From: the human T2T-CHM13v2.0 reference genome, Homo sapiens
Direction: 5' to 3' (one strand)
Assembly: GCF_009914755.1 (NCBI RefSeq)
Contig: NC_060942.1
DNA length: 64,000 bases
Numbering within the stretch: the stretch's first letter is position 1; the number at the start of each line of letters is the position of its first letter. The position numbers were made by a program, and so were the translations under genes. Below the pieces are notes generated by a model, which saw only the letters and a list, made by a program, of their open reading frames with translations, ran no database searches and was not told the origin of the DNA. This document shows, one piece after another, positions 25,201 to 40,200 of this stretch.

Positions 25201-28200
25201 AGAAGCATTCTCAGAAACTTCTTTGGGATGTTTGCATTCAAGTCACAGAGTAGAACATTCCCTTTGGTAGAGCAGGTTTGAAACACTCTTTTTTTAGTAT
25301 ATGGAAGTGGACATTTGGAGCGCTTTCAGGCCTACGTTGGAAAAGGAAATATCTTCCCATAACAACTAGACAGAAGCATTCTCAGAAACTAGTTTCTGAT
25401 GTGTGTCCTCAACTAACACAGTTGAACATTTCTTTAGACAGAACAGTTTTGAAACACTCTTTTTGTGGAATCTGCAAGTGGCTATTTGGCTAGATTTGAG
25501 GATTTCGTTGGAAACGGGATTACATATAAAAAGCAGACAGCAGCATTCTCAGAAAGTTCTTTGTGATGATTGCATTCAAGTCACAGAATTGAACATTCCC
25601 TTTCACAGAGCAGGTTTGAAACACTCTTTTTGTAGTGTGTGTAAGTGGACATTTGGAGCACTTTCCGGCCTAAGGTGAAAAAGGAAATATCTTCCCATAA
25701 AAACTAGACAGAAGCATTCTCAGAAACTTACTCGTGATGTGTGTCCTCAACTAAAGGAGTAGAACCTTTCTTTTCATAGAGAAGTTTTGAAACGCTCTTT
25801 TTGTGGAATCTGCAAGTGGATATTTGGCTAGTTTTGAGGATTTCGTTGGAAGCGGGAATTCATACAAATTGCAGACTGCAGCGTTCTGAGAAACATCTTT
25901 GTGATGTTTGTATTCAGGACACAGAGTTGAACATTCCCTATCATAGAGCAGGTTTGAATCACTCCTTTTGTAGTATCTGGAAGTGGACATTTGGAGCGCT
26001 TTCAGGCCTATGTTGGAAAAGGAAATATCTTCCCATAACAACTAGACAGAAGCATTCTCAGAAACTTATTTGAGATGTGTGTACTCAACTAAGAGAATTG
26101 AACCACCGTTTTGAAGGAGCAGTTTTGAAACACTCTTTTTCTGGAATCTGCAAGTGGATATTTGGCTAGCTTTGGGGATTTCGCTGGAAGCGGGAATACA
26201 TATAAAAAGCACACAGCAGCGTTCTGAGAAACTGCTTTCTGATGTTTGCATTCAAGTCAAAAGTTGAACACTCCCTTTCATAGAGCAGTCCTGAAACACC
26301 CCTTTTGTAGTATCTGGAACTGGACTTTTGGAGAGCTTTCAGGGCTAAGGTGAAAAAGGAAATATCTTCCCATAAAAACTGGACAGAAGCATTCTCAGAA
26401 ACTTGTTTATGCTGTATCTACTCAACTAACAAAGTTGAACCTTTCTTTTGATAGAGCAGTTTTGAAATGCTCTTTTTGTGGAATCTGCAAGTGGATATTT
26501 GGCTAGTTTTGAGGATTTGGTTGGAAGCGGGAATTCATACAAATTGCAGACTGCAGCGTTCTGAGAAACATCTTTGTGATGTTTGTATTCAGGACAGAGA
26601 GTTGAACATTCCCTATCATAGAGCAGGTTGGAATCACTCCTTTTGTAGTATCTGGAAGTGGACATTTGGAGCGCTTTCAGGCCTATGTTGAAAAAGGAAA
26701 TATCTTCCCATAACAACTAGACACAAGCATTCTCAGAAACTTGTTTGTGATGTGTGCCCTCTACTGACAGAGTTGAACCTTTCTTTTCATAGAGCAGTTT
26801 TGAAACACTCTTTTTGTAGAATCTGCAAGAGGATATTTGCATAGCTTTGAGGATTTCGTGGGAAACGGGATTGTCTTCAGGTAAAATCTAGACAGAAGCA
26901 TTCTCAGAAACTTCTTTGGGATGTTTGCATTCAAGTCACAGAGCAGAACATTCCCTTTGGTAGAGCAGGTTTGAAACACTCTTTTTGTAGTATCTGGAAG
27001 TGGACATTTGGAGCGCTTTCAGGCCTATGTTGGAAAGGGAAATATCTTCCCGTAACAACTAGGCAGAAGCACTCTCAGAAACTTATTTGAGATGTGTGTA
27101 CTCAACTAAGAGAATTGAACCACCGTTTTGAAGGAGCAGTTTTGAAACACTCTTTTTCTGGAATCTGCAAGAGGATATTTGCCTAGCCTTGAGGATTTCG
27201 TTGGAAACGGGATTGTCTTCAGATCAAATCTAGACAGAAGCATTCTCAGAAACTTCTTTGGGATGTTTGCATTCATGTCACAGAGTAGAACATTCCCTTT
27301 GGTAGAGCAGGTTTGAAACACTCTTTTTTAAGTATATGGAAGTGGACATTTGGAGCGCTTTCAGGCCTACGTTGTAAAAGGAAATATCTTCCCATAACAA
27401 CTAGACAGAAGCATTCTCAGAAACTAGTTTCTGATGTGTGTCCTCAACTAACACAGTTGAACATTTCTTTAGACAGAACAGTTTTGAAACACTCTTTTTG
27501 TGGAATCTGCAAGTGGCTATTTGGCTAGATTTGAGGATTTCGTTGGAAACGGGATTACATATAAAAAGCAGACAGCAGCATTCTCAGAAAGTTCTTTGTG
27601 ATGATTGCATTCAAGTCACAGAATTGAACATTCCCTTTCACAGAGCAGGTTTGAAACACTCTTTTTGTAGTGTGTGTAAGTGGACATTTGGAGCACTTTC
27701 CGGCCTAAGGTGAAAAAGGAAATATCTTCCCATAAAAACTAGACAGAAGCATTCTCAGAAACTTACTCGTGATGTGTGTCCTCAACTAAAGGAGTAGAAC
27801 CTTTCTTTTCATAGAGAAGTTTTGAAACGCTCTTTTTGTGGAATCTGCAAGTGGATATTTGGCTAGTTTTGAGGATTTCGTTGGAAGCGGGAATTCATAC
27901 AAATTGCAGACTGCAGCGTTCTGAGAAACATCTTTGTGATGTTTGTATTCAGGACACAGAGTTGAACATTCCCTATCATAGAGCAGGTTTGAATCACTCC
28001 TTTTGTAGTATCTGGAAGTGGACATTTGGAGCGCTTTCAGGCCTATGTTGGAAAAGGAAATATCTTCCCATAACAACTAGACAGAAGCATTCTCAGAAAC
28101 TTATTTGAGATGTGTGTACTCAACTAAGAGAATTGAACCACCGTTTTGAAGGAGCAGTTTTGAAACACTCTTTTTCTGGAATCTGCAAGTGGATATTTGG

Positions 28201-31200
28201 CTAGCTTTGGGGATTTCGCTGGAAGCGGGAATACATATAAAAAGCACACAGCAGCGTTCTGAGAAACTGCTTTCTGATGTTTGCATTCAAGTCAAAAGTT
28301 GAACACTCCCTTTCATAGAGCAGTCCTGAAACACCCCTTTTGTAGTATCTGGAACTGGACTTTTGGAGCGCTTTCAGGGCTAAGGTGAAAAAGGAAATAT
28401 CTTCCCATAAAAACTGGACAGAAGCATTCTCAGAAACTTGTTTATGCTGTATCTACTCAACTAACAAAGTTGAACCTTTCTTTTGATAGAGCAGTTTTGA
28501 AATGCTCTTTTTGTGGAATCTGCAAGTGGATATTTGGCTAGTTTTGAGGATTTCGTTGGAAGCGGGAATTCATACAAATTGCAGACTGCAGCGTTCTGAG
28601 AAACATCTTTGTGATGTTTGTATTCAGGACAGAGAGTTGAACATTACCTATCATAGAGCAGGTTGGAATCACTCCTTTTGTAGTATCTGGAAGTGGACAT
28701 TTGGAGCACTTTCAGGCCTATGTTGAAAAAGGAAATATCTTCCCATAACAACTAGACACAAGCATTCTCAGAAACTTGTTTGTGATGTGTGCCCTCTACT
28801 GACAGAGTTGAACCTTTCTTTTCATAGAGCAGTTTTGAAACACTCTTTTTGTAGAATCTGCAAGAGGATATTTGCATAGCTTTGAGGATTTCGTGGGAAA
28901 CGGGATTGTCTTCAGGTAAAATCTAGACAGAAGCATTCTCAGAAACTTCTTTGGGATGTTTGCATTCAAGTCACAGAGCAGAACATTCCCTTTGGTAGAG
29001 CAGGTTTGAAACACTCTTTTTGTAGTATCTGGAAGTGGACATTTGGAGCGCTTTCAGGCCTATGTTGGAAAGGGAAATATCTTCCCGTAACAACTAGGCA
29101 GAAGCACTCTCAGAAACTTATTTGAGATGTGTGTACTCAACTAAGAGAATTGAACCACCGTTTTGAAGGAGCAGTTTTGAAACACTCTTTTTCTGGAATC
29201 TGCAAGAGGATATTTGCCTAGCCTTGAGGATTTCGTTGGAAACGGGATTGTCTTCAGATCAAATCTAGACAGAAGCATTCTCAGAAACTTCTTTGGGATG
29301 TTTGCATTCAAGTCACAGAGTAGAACATTCCCTTTGGTAGAGCAGGTTTGAAACACTCTTTTTTTAGTATATGGAAGTGGACATTTGGAGCGCTTTCAGG
29401 CCTACGTTGGAAAAGGAAATATCTTCCCATAACAACTAGACAGAAGCATTCTCAGAAACTAGTTTCTGATGTGTGTCCTCAACTAACACAGTTGAACATT
29501 TCTTTAGACAGAACAGTTTTGAAACACTCTTTTTGTGGAATCTGCAAGTGGCTATTTGGCTAGATTTGAGGATTTCGTTGGAAACGGGATTACATATAAA
29601 AAGCAGACAGCAGCATTCTCAGAAAGTTCTTTGTGATGATTGCATTCAAGTCACAGAATTGAACATTCCCTTTCACAGAGCAGGTTTGAAACACTCTTTT
29701 TGTAGTGTGTGTAAGTGGACATTTGGAGCACTTTCCGGCCTAAGGTGAAAAAGGAAATATCTTCCCATAAAAACTAGACAGAAGCATTCTCAGAAACTTA
29801 CTCGTGATGTGTGTCCTCAACTAAAGGAGTAGAACCTTTCTTTTCATAGAGAAGTTTTGAAACGCTCTTTTTGTGGAATCTGCAAGTGGATATTTGGCTA
29901 GTTTTGAGGATTTCGTTGGAAGCGGGAATTCATACAAATTGCAGACTGCAGCGTTCTGAGAAACATCTTTGTGATGTTTGTATTCAGGACACAGAGTTGA
30001 ACATTCCCTATCATAGAGCAGGTTTGAATCACTCCTTTTGTAGTATCTGGAAGTGGACATTTGGAGCGCTTTCAGGCCTATGTTGGAAAAGGAAATATCT
30101 TCCCATAACAACTAGACAGAAGCATTCTCAGAAACTTATTTGAGATGTGTGTACTCAACTAAGAGAATTGAACCACCGTTTTGAAGGAGCAGTTTTGAAA
30201 CACTCTTTTTCTGGAATCTGCAAGTGGATATTTGGCTAGCTTTGGGGATTTCGCTGGAAGCGGGAATACATATAAAAAGCACACAGCAGCGTTCTGAGAA
30301 ACTGCTTTCTGATGTTTGCATTCAAGTCAAAAGTTGAACACTCCCTTTCATAGAGCAGTCCTGAAACACCCCTTTTGTAGTATCTGGAACTGGACTTTTG
30401 GAGCGCTTTCAGGGCTAAGGTGAAAAAGGAAATATCTTCCCATAAAAACTGGACAGAAGCATTCTCAGAAACTTGTTTATGCTGTATCTACTCAACTAAC
30501 AAAGTTGAACCTTTCTTTTGATAGAGCAGTTTTGAAATGCTCTTTTTGTGGAATCTGCAAGTGGATATTTGGCTAGTTTTGAGGATTTCGTTGGAAGCGG
30601 GAATTCATACAAATTGCAGACTGCAGCGTTCTGAGAAACATCTTTGTGATGTTTGTATTCAGGACAGAGAGTTGAACATTCCCTATCATAGAGCAGGTTG
30701 GAATCACTCCTTTTGTAGTATCTGGAAGTGGACATTTGGAGCGCTTTCAGGCCTATGTTGAAAAAGGAAATATCTTCCCATAACAACTAGACACAAGCAT
30801 TCTCAGAAACTTGTTTGTGATGTGTGCCCTCTACTGACAGAGTTGAACCTTTCTTTTCATAGAGCAGTTTTGAAACACTCTTTTTGTAGAATCTGCAAGA
30901 GGATATTTGCATAGCTTTGAGGATTTCGTGGGAAACGGGATTGTCTTCAGGTAAAATCTAGACAGAAGCATTCTCAGAAACTTCTTTGGGATGTTTGCAT
31001 TCAAGTCACAGAGCAGAACATTCCCTTTGGTAGAGCAGGTTTGAAACACTCTTTTTGTAGTATCTGGAAGTGGACATTTGGAGCGCTTTCAGGCCTATGT
31101 TGGAAAGGGAAATATCTTCCCGTAACAACTAGGCAGAAGCATTCTCAGAAACTTATTTGAGATGTGTGTACTCAACTAAGAGAATTGAACCACCGTTTTG

Positions 31201-34200
31201 AAGGAGTAGTTTTGAAACACTCTTTTTCTGGAATCTGCAAGAGGATATTTGCCTAGCCTTGAGGATTTCGTTGGAAACGGGATTGTCTTCAGATCAAATC
31301 TAGACAGAAGCATTCTCAGAAACTTCTTTGGGATGTTTGCATTCAAGTCACAGAGTAGAACATTCCCTTTGGTAGAGCAGGTTTGAAACACTCTTTTTTT
31401 AGTATATGGAAGTGGACATTTGGAGCGCTTTCAGGCCTACGTTGGAAAAGGAAATATCTTCCCATAACAACTAGACAGAAGCATTCTCAGAAACTAGTTT
31501 CTGATGTGTGTCCTCAACTAACACAGTTGAACATTTCTTTAGACAGAACAGTTTTGAAACACTCTTTTTGTGGAATCTGCAAGTGGCTATTTGGCTAGAT
31601 TTGAGGATTTCGTTGGAAACGGGATTACATATAAAAAGCAGACAGCAGCATTCTCAGAAAGTTCTTTGTGATGATTGCATTCAAGTCACAGAATTGAACA
31701 TTCCCTTTCACAGAGCAGGTTTGAAACACTCTTTTTGTAGTGTGTGTAAGTGGACATTTGGAGCACTTTCCGGCCTAAGGTGAAAAAGGAAATATCTTCC
31801 CATAAAAACTAGACAGAAGCATTCTCAGAAACTTACTCGTGATGTGTGTCCTCAACTAAAGGAGTAGAACCTTTCTTTTCATAGAGAAGTTTTGAAACGC
31901 TCTTTTTGTGGAATCTGCAAGTGGATATTTGGCTAGTTTTGAGGATTTCGTTGGAAGCGGGAATTCATACAAATTGCAGACTGCAGCGTTCTGAGAAACA
32001 TCTTTGTGATGTTTGTATTCAGGACACAGAGTTGAACATTCCCTATCATAGAGCAGGTTTGAATCACTCCTTTTGTAGTATCTGGAAGTGGACATTTGGA
32101 GCGCTTTCAGGCCTATGTTGGAAAAGGAAATATCTTCCCATAACAACTAGACAGAAGCATTCTCAGAAACTTATTTGAGATGTGTGTACTCAACTAAGAG
32201 AATTGAACCACCGTTTTGAAGGAGCAGTTTTGAAACACTCTTTTTCTGGAATCTGCAAGTGGATATTTGGCTAGCTTTGGGGATTTCGCTGGAAGCGGGA
32301 ATACATATAAAAAGCACACAGCAGCGTTCTGAGAAACTGCTTTCTGATGTTTGCATTCAAGTCAAAAGTTGAACACTCCCTTTCATAGAGCAGTCCTGAA
32401 ACACCCCTTTTGTAGTATCTGGAACTGGACTTTTGGAGCGCTTTCAGGGCTAAGGTGAAAAAGGAAATATCTTCCCATAAAAACTGGACAGAAGCATTCT
32501 CAGAAACTTGTTTATGCTGTATCTACTCAACTAACAAAGTTGAACCTTTCTTTTGATAGAGCAGTTTTGAAATGCTCTTTTTGTGGAATCTGCAAGTGGA
32601 TATTTGGCTAGTTTTGAGGATTTCGTTGGAAGCGGGAATTCATACAAATTGCAGACTGCAGCGTTCTGAGAAACATCTTTGTGATGTTTGTATTCAGGAC
32701 AGAGAGTTGAACATTCCCTATCATAGAGCAGGTTGGAATCACTCCTTTTGTAGTATCTGGAAGTGGACATTTGGAGCGCTTTCAGGCCTATGTTGAAAAA
32801 GGAAATATCTTCCCATAACAACTAGACACAAGCATTCTCAGAAACTTGTTTGTGATGTGTGCCCTCTACTGACAGAGTTGAACCTTTCTTTTCATAGAGC
32901 AGTTTTGAAACACTCTTTTTGTAGAATCTGCAAGAGGATATTTGCATAGCTTTGAGGATTTCGTGGGAAACGGGATTGTCTTCAGGTAAAATCTAGACAG
33001 AAGCATTCTCAGAAACTTCTTTGGGATGTTTGCATTCAAGTCACAGAGCAGAACATTCCCTTTGGTAGAGCAGGTTTGAAACACTCTTTTTGTAGTATCT
33101 GGAAGTGGACATTTGGAGCGCTTTCAGGCCTATGTTGGAAAGGGAAATATCTTCCCGTAACAACTAGGCAGAAGCACTCTCAGAAACTTATTTGAGATGT
33201 GTGTACTCAACTAAGAGAATTGAACCACCGTTTTGAAGGAGCAGTTTTGAAACACTCTTTTTCTGGAATCTGCAAGAGGATATTTGCCTAGCCTTGAGGA
33301 TTTCGTTGGAAACGGGATTGTCTTCAGATCAAATCTAGACAGAAGCATTCTCAGAAACTTCTTTGGGATGTTTGCATTCAAGTCACAGAGTAGAACATTC
33401 CCTTTGGTAGAGCAGGTTTGAAACACTCTTTTTTTAGTATATGGAAGTGGACATTTGGAGCGCTTTCAGGCCTACGTTGGAAAAGGAAATATCTTCCCAT
33501 AACAACTAGACAGAAGCATTCTCAGAAACTAGTTTCTGATGTGTGTCCTCAACTAACACAGTTGAACATTTCTTTAGACAGAACAGTTTTGAAACACTCT
33601 TTTTGTGGAATCTGCAAGTGGCTATTTGGCTAGATTTGAGGATTTCGTTGGAAACGGGATTACATATAAAAAGCAGACAGCAGCATTCTCAGAAAGTTCT
33701 TTGTGATGATTGCATTCAAGTCACAGAATTGAACATTCCCTTTCACAGAGCAGGTTTGAAACACTCTTTTTGTAGTGTGTGTAAGTGGACATTTGGAGCA
33801 CTTTCCGGCCTAAGGTGAAAAAGGAAATATCTTCCCATAAAAACTAGACAGAAGCATTCTCAGAAACTTACTCGTGATGTGTGTCCTCAACTAAAGGAGT
33901 AGAACCTTTCTTTTCATAGAGAAGTTTTGAAACGCTCTTTTTGTGGAATCTGCAAGTGGATATTTGGCTAGTTTTGAGGATTTCGTTGGAAGCGGGAATT
34001 CATACAAATTGCAGACTGCAGCGTTCTGAGAAACATCTTTGTGATGTTTGTATTCAGGACACAGAGTTGAACATTCCCTATCATAGAGCAGGTTTGAATC
34101 ACTCCTTTTGTAGTATCTGGAAGTGGACATTTGGAGCGCTTTCAGGCCTATGTTGGAAAAGGAAATATCTTCCCATAACAACTAGACAGAAGCATTCTCA

Positions 34201-37200
34201 GAAACTTATTTGAGATGTGTGTACTCAACTAAGAGAATTGAACCACCGTTTTGAAGGAGCAGTTTTGAAACACTCTTTTTCTGGAATCTGCAAGTGGATA
34301 TTTGGCTAGCTTTGGGGATTTCGCTGGAAGCGGGAATACATATAAAAAGCACACAGCAGCGTTCTGAGAAACTGCTTTCTGATGTTTGCATTCAAGTCAA
34401 AAGTTGAACACTCCCTTTCATAGAGCAGTCCTGAAACACCCCTTTTGTAGTATCTGGAACTGGACTTTTGGAGCGCTTTCAGGGCTAAGGTGAAAAAGGA
34501 AATATTTTCCCATAAAAACTGGACAGAAGCATTCTCAGAAACTTGTTTATGCTGTATCTACTCAACTAACAAAGTTGAACCTTTCTTTTGATAGAGCAGT
34601 TTTGAAATGCTCTTTTTGTGGAATCTGCAAGTGGATATTTGGCTAGTTTTGAGGATTTCGTTGGAAGCGGGAATTCATACAAATTGCAGACTGCAGCGTT
34701 CTGAGAAACATCTTTGTGATGTTTGTATTCAGGACAGAGAGTTGAACATTCCCTATCATAGAGCAGGTTGGAATCACTCCTTTTGTAGTATCTGGAAGTG
34801 GACATTTGGAGCGCTTTCAGGCCTATGTTGAAAAAGGAAATATCTTCCCATAACAACTAGACACAAGCATTCTCAGAAACTTGTTTGTGATGTGTGCCCT
34901 CTACTGACAGAGTTGAACCTTTCTTTTCATAGAGCAGTTTTGAAACACTCTTTTTGTAGAATCTGCAAGAGGATATTTGCATAGCTTTGAGGATTTCGTG
35001 GGAAACGGGATTGTCTTCAGGTAAAATCTAGACAGAAGCATTCTCAGAAACTTCTTTGGGATGTTTGCATTCAAGTCACAGAGCAGAACATTCCCTTTGG
35101 TAGAGCAGGTTTGAAACACTCTTTTTGTAGTATCTGGAAGTGGACATTTGGAGCGCTTTCAGGCCTATGTTGGAAAGGGAAATATCTTCCCGTAACAACT
35201 AGGCAGAAGCATTCTCAGAAACTTATTTGAGATGTGTGTACTCAACTAAGAGAATTGAACCACCGTTTTGAAGGAGCAGTTTTGAAACACTCTTTTTCTG
35301 GAATCTGCAAGAGGATATTTGCCTAGCCTTGAGGATTTCGTTGGAAACGGGATTGTCTTCAGATCAAATCTAGACAGAAGCATTCTCAGAAACTTCTTTG
35401 GGATGTTTGCATTCAAGTCACAGAGTAGAACATTCCCTTTGGTAGAGCAGGTTTGAAACACTCTTTTTTTAGTATATGGAAGTGGACATTTGGAGCGCTT
35501 TCAGGCCTACGTTGGAAAAGGAAATATCTTCCCATAACAACTAGACAGAAGCATTCTCAGAAACTAGTTTCTGATGTGTGTCCTCAACTAACACAGTTGA
35601 ACATTTCTTTAGACAGAACAGTTTTGAAACACTCTTTTTGTGGAATCTGCAAGTGGCTATTTGGCTAGATTTGAGGATTTCGTTGGAAACGGGATTACAT
35701 ATAAAAAGCAGACAGCAGCATTCTCAGAAAGTTCTTTGTGATGATTGCATTCAAGTCACAGAATTGAACATTCCCTTTCACAGAGCAGGTTTGAAACACT
35801 CTTTTTGTAGTGTGTGTAAGTGGACATTTGGAGCACTTTCCGGCCTAAGGTGAAAAAGGAAATATCTTCCCATAAAAACTAGACAGAAGCATTCTCAGAA
35901 ACTTACTCGTGATGTGTGTCCTCAACTAAAGGAGTAGAACCTTTCTTTTCATAGAGAAGTTTTGAAACGCTCTTTTTGTGGAATCTGCAAGTGGATATTT
36001 GGCTAGTTTTGAGGATTTCGTTGGAAGCGGGAATTCATACAAATTGCAGACTGCAGCGTTCTGAGAAACATCTTTGTGATGTTTGTATTCAGGACACAGA
36101 GTTGAACATTCCCTATCATAGAGCAGGTTTGAATCACTCCTTTTGTAGTATCTGGAAGTGGACATTTGGAGCGCTTTCAGGCCTATGTTGGAAAAGGAAA
36201 TATCTTCCCATAACAACTAGACAGAAGCATTCTCAGAAACTTATTTGAGATGTGTGTACTCAACTAAGAGAATTGAACCACCGTTTTGAAGGAGCAGTTT
36301 TGAAACACTCTTTTTCTGGAATCTGCAAGTGGATATTTGGCTAGCTTTGGGGATTTCGCTGGAAGCGGGAATACATATAAAAAGCACACAGCAGCGTTCT
36401 GAGAAACTGCTTTCTGATGTTTGCATTCAAGTCAAAAGTTGAACACTCCCTTTCATAGAGCAGTCCTGAAACACCCCTTTTGTAGTATCTGGAACTGGAC
36501 TTTTGGAGCGCTTTCAGGGCTAAGGTGAAAAAGGAAATATCTTCCCATAAAAACTGGACAGAAGCATTCTCAGAAACTTGTTTATGCTGTATCTACTCAA
36601 CTAACAAAGTTGAACCTTTCTTTTGATAGAGCAGTTTTGAAATGCTCTTTTTGTGGAATCTGCAAGTGGATATTTGGCTAGTTTTGAGGATTTCGTTGGA
36701 AGCGGGAATTCATACAAATTGCAGACTGCAGCGTTCTGAGAAACATCTTTGTGATGTTTGTATTCAGGACAGAGAGTTGAACATTCCCTATCATAGAGCA
36801 GGTTGGAATCACTCCTTTTGTAGTATCTGGAAGTGGACATTTGGAGCGCTTTCAGGCCTATGTTGAAAAAGGAAATATCTTCCCATAACAACTAGACACA
36901 AGCATTCTCAGAAACTTGTTTGTGATGTGTGCCCTCTACTGACAGAGTTGAACCTTTCTTTTCATAGAGCAGTTTTGAAACACTCTTTTTGTAGAATCTG
37001 CAAGAGGATATTTGCATAGCTTTGAGGATTTCGTGGGAAACGGGATTGTCTTCAGGTAAAATCTAGACAGAAGCATTCTCAGAAACTTCTTTGGGATGTT
37101 TGCATTCAAGTCACAGAGCAGAACATTCCCTTTGGTAGAGCAGGTTTGAAACACTCTTTTTGTAGTATCTGGAAGTGGACATTTGGAGCGCTTTCAGGCC

Positions 37201-40200
37201 TATGTTGGAAAGGGAAATATCTTCCCGTAACAACTAGGCAGAAGCATTCTCAGAAACTTATTTGAGATGTGTGTACTCAACTAAGAGAATTGAACCACCG
37301 TTTTGAAGGAGCAGTTTTGAAACACTCTTTTTCTGGAATCTGCAAGAGGATATTTGCCTAGCCTTGAGGATTTCGTTGGAAACGGGATTGTCTTCAGATC
37401 AAATCTAGACAGAAGCATTCTCAGAAACTTCTTTGGGATGTTTGCATTCATGTCACAGAGTAGAACATTCCCTTTGGTAGAGCAGGTTTGAAACACTCTT
37501 TTTTTAGTATATGGAAGTGGACATTTGGAGCGCTTTCAGGCCTACGTTGGAAAAGGAAATATCTTCCCATAACAACTAGACAGAAGCATTCTCAGAAACT
37601 AGTTTCTGATGTGTGTCCTCAACTAACACAGTTGAACATTTCTTTAGACAGAACAGTTTTGAAACACTCTTTTTGTGGAATCTGCAAGTGGCTATTTGGC
37701 TAGATTTGAGGATTTCGTTGGAAACGGGATTACATATAAAAAGCAGACAGCAGCATTCTCAGAAAGTTCTTTGTGATGATTGCATTCAAGTCACAGAATT
37801 GAACATTCCCTTTCACAGAGCAGGTTTGAAACACTCTTTTTGTAGTGTGTGTAAGTGGACATTTGGAGCACTTTCCGGCCTAAGGTGAAAAAGGAAATAT
37901 CTTCCCATAAAAACTAGACAGAAGCATTCTCAGAAACTTACTCGTGATGTGTGTCCTCAACTAAAGGAGTAGAACCTTTCTTTTCATAGAGAAGTTTTGA
38001 AACGCTCTTTTTGTGGAATCTGCAAGTGGATATTTGGCTAGTTTTGAGGATTTCGTTGGAAGCGGGAATTCATACAAATTGCAGACTGCAGCGTTCTGAG
38101 AAACATCTTTGTGATGTTTGTATTCAGGACACAGAGTTGAACATTCCCTATCATAGAGCAGGTTTGAATCACTCCTTTTGTAGTATCTGGAAGTGGACAT
38201 TTGGAGCGCTTTCAGGCCTATGTTGGAAAAGGAAATATCTTCCCATAACAACTAGACAGAAGCATTCTCAGAAACTTATTTGAGATGTGTGTACTCAACT
38301 AAGAGAATTGAACCACCGTTTTGAAGGAGCAGTTTTGAAACACTCTTTTTCTGGAATCTGCAAGTGGATATTTGGCTAGCTTTGGGGATTTCGCTGGAAG
38401 CGGGAATACATATAAAAAGCACACAGCAGCGTTCTGAGAAACTGCTTTCTGATGTTTGCATTCAAGTCAAAAGTTGAACACTCCCTTTCATAGAGCAGTC
38501 CTGAAACACCCCTTTTGTAGTATCTGGAACTGGACTTTTGGAGCGCTTTCAGGGCTAAGGTGAAAAAGGAAATATCTTCCCATAAAAACTGGACAGAAGC
38601 ATTCTCAGAAACTTGTTTATGCTGTATCTACTCAACTAACAAAGTTGAACCTTTCTTTTGATAGAGCAGTTTTGAAATGCTCTTTTTGTGGAATCTGCAA
38701 GTGGATATTTGGCTAGTTTTGAGGATTTCGTTGGAAGCGGGAATTCATACAAATTGCAGACTGCAGCGTTCTGAGAAACATCTTTGTGATGTTTGTATTC
38801 AGGACAGAGAGTTGAACATTCCCTATCATAGAGCAGGTTGGAATCACTCCTTTTGTAGTATCTGGAAGTGGACATTTGGAGCGCTTTCAGGCCTATGTTG
38901 AAAAAGGAAATATCTTCCCATAACAACTAGACACAAGCATTCTCAGAAACTTGTTTGTGATGTGTGCCCTCTACTGACAGAGTTGAACCTTTCTTTTCAT
39001 AGAGCAGTTTTGAAACACTCTTTTTGTAGAATCTGCAAGAGGATATTTGCATAGCTTTGAGGATTTCGTGGGAAACGGGATTGTCTTCAGGTAAAATCTA
39101 GACAGAAGCATTCTCAGAAACTTCTTTGGGATGTTTGCATTCAAGTCACAGAGCAGAACATTCCCTTTGGTAGAGCAGGTTTGAAACACTCTTTTTGTAG
39201 TATCTGGAAGTGGACATTTGGAGCGCTTTCAGGCCTATGTTGGAAAGGGAAATATCTTCCCGTAACAACTAGGCAGAAGCACTCTCAGAAACTTATTTGA
39301 GATGTGTGTACTCAACTAAGAGAATTGAACCACCGTTTTGAAGGAGCAGTTTTGAAACACTCTTTTTCTGGAATCTGCAAGAGGATATTTGCCTAGCCTT
39401 GAGGATTTCGTTGGAAACGGGATTGTCTTCAGATCAAATCTAGACAGAAGCATTCTCAGAAACTTCTTTGGGATGTTTGCATTCAAGTCACAGAGTAGAA
39501 CATTCCCTTTGGTAGAGCAGGTTTGAAACACTCTTTTTTTAGTATATGGAAGTGGACATTTGGAGCGCTTTCAGGCCTACGTTGGAAAAGGAAATATCTT
39601 CCCATAACAACTAGACAGAAGCATTCTCAGAAACTAGTTTCTGATGTGTGTCCTCAACTAACACAGTTGAACATTTCTTTAGACAGAACAGTTTTGAAAC
39701 ACTCTTTTTGTGGAATCTGCAAGTGGCTATTTGGCTAGATTTGAGGATTTCGTTGGAAACGGGATTACATATAAAAAGCAGACAGCAGCATTCTCAGAAA
39801 GTTCTTTGTGATGATTGCATTCAAGTCACAGAATTGAACATTCCCTTTCACAGAGCAGGTTTGAAACACTCTTTTTGTAGTGTGTGTAAGTGGACATTTG
39901 GAGCACTTTCCGGCCTAAGGTGAAAAAGGAAATATCTTCCCATAAAAACTAGACAGAAGCATTCTCAGAAACTTACTCGTGATGTGTGTCCTCAACTAAA
40001 GGAGTAGAACCTTTCTTTTCATAGAGAAGTTTTGAAACGCTCTTTTTGTGGAATCTGCAAGTGGATATTTGGCTAGTTTGGAGGATTTCGTTGGAAGCGG
40101 GAATTCATACAAATTGCAGACTGCAGCGTTCTGAGAAACATCTTTGTGATGTTTGTATTCAGGACACAGAGTTGAACATTCCCTATCATAGAGCAGGTTT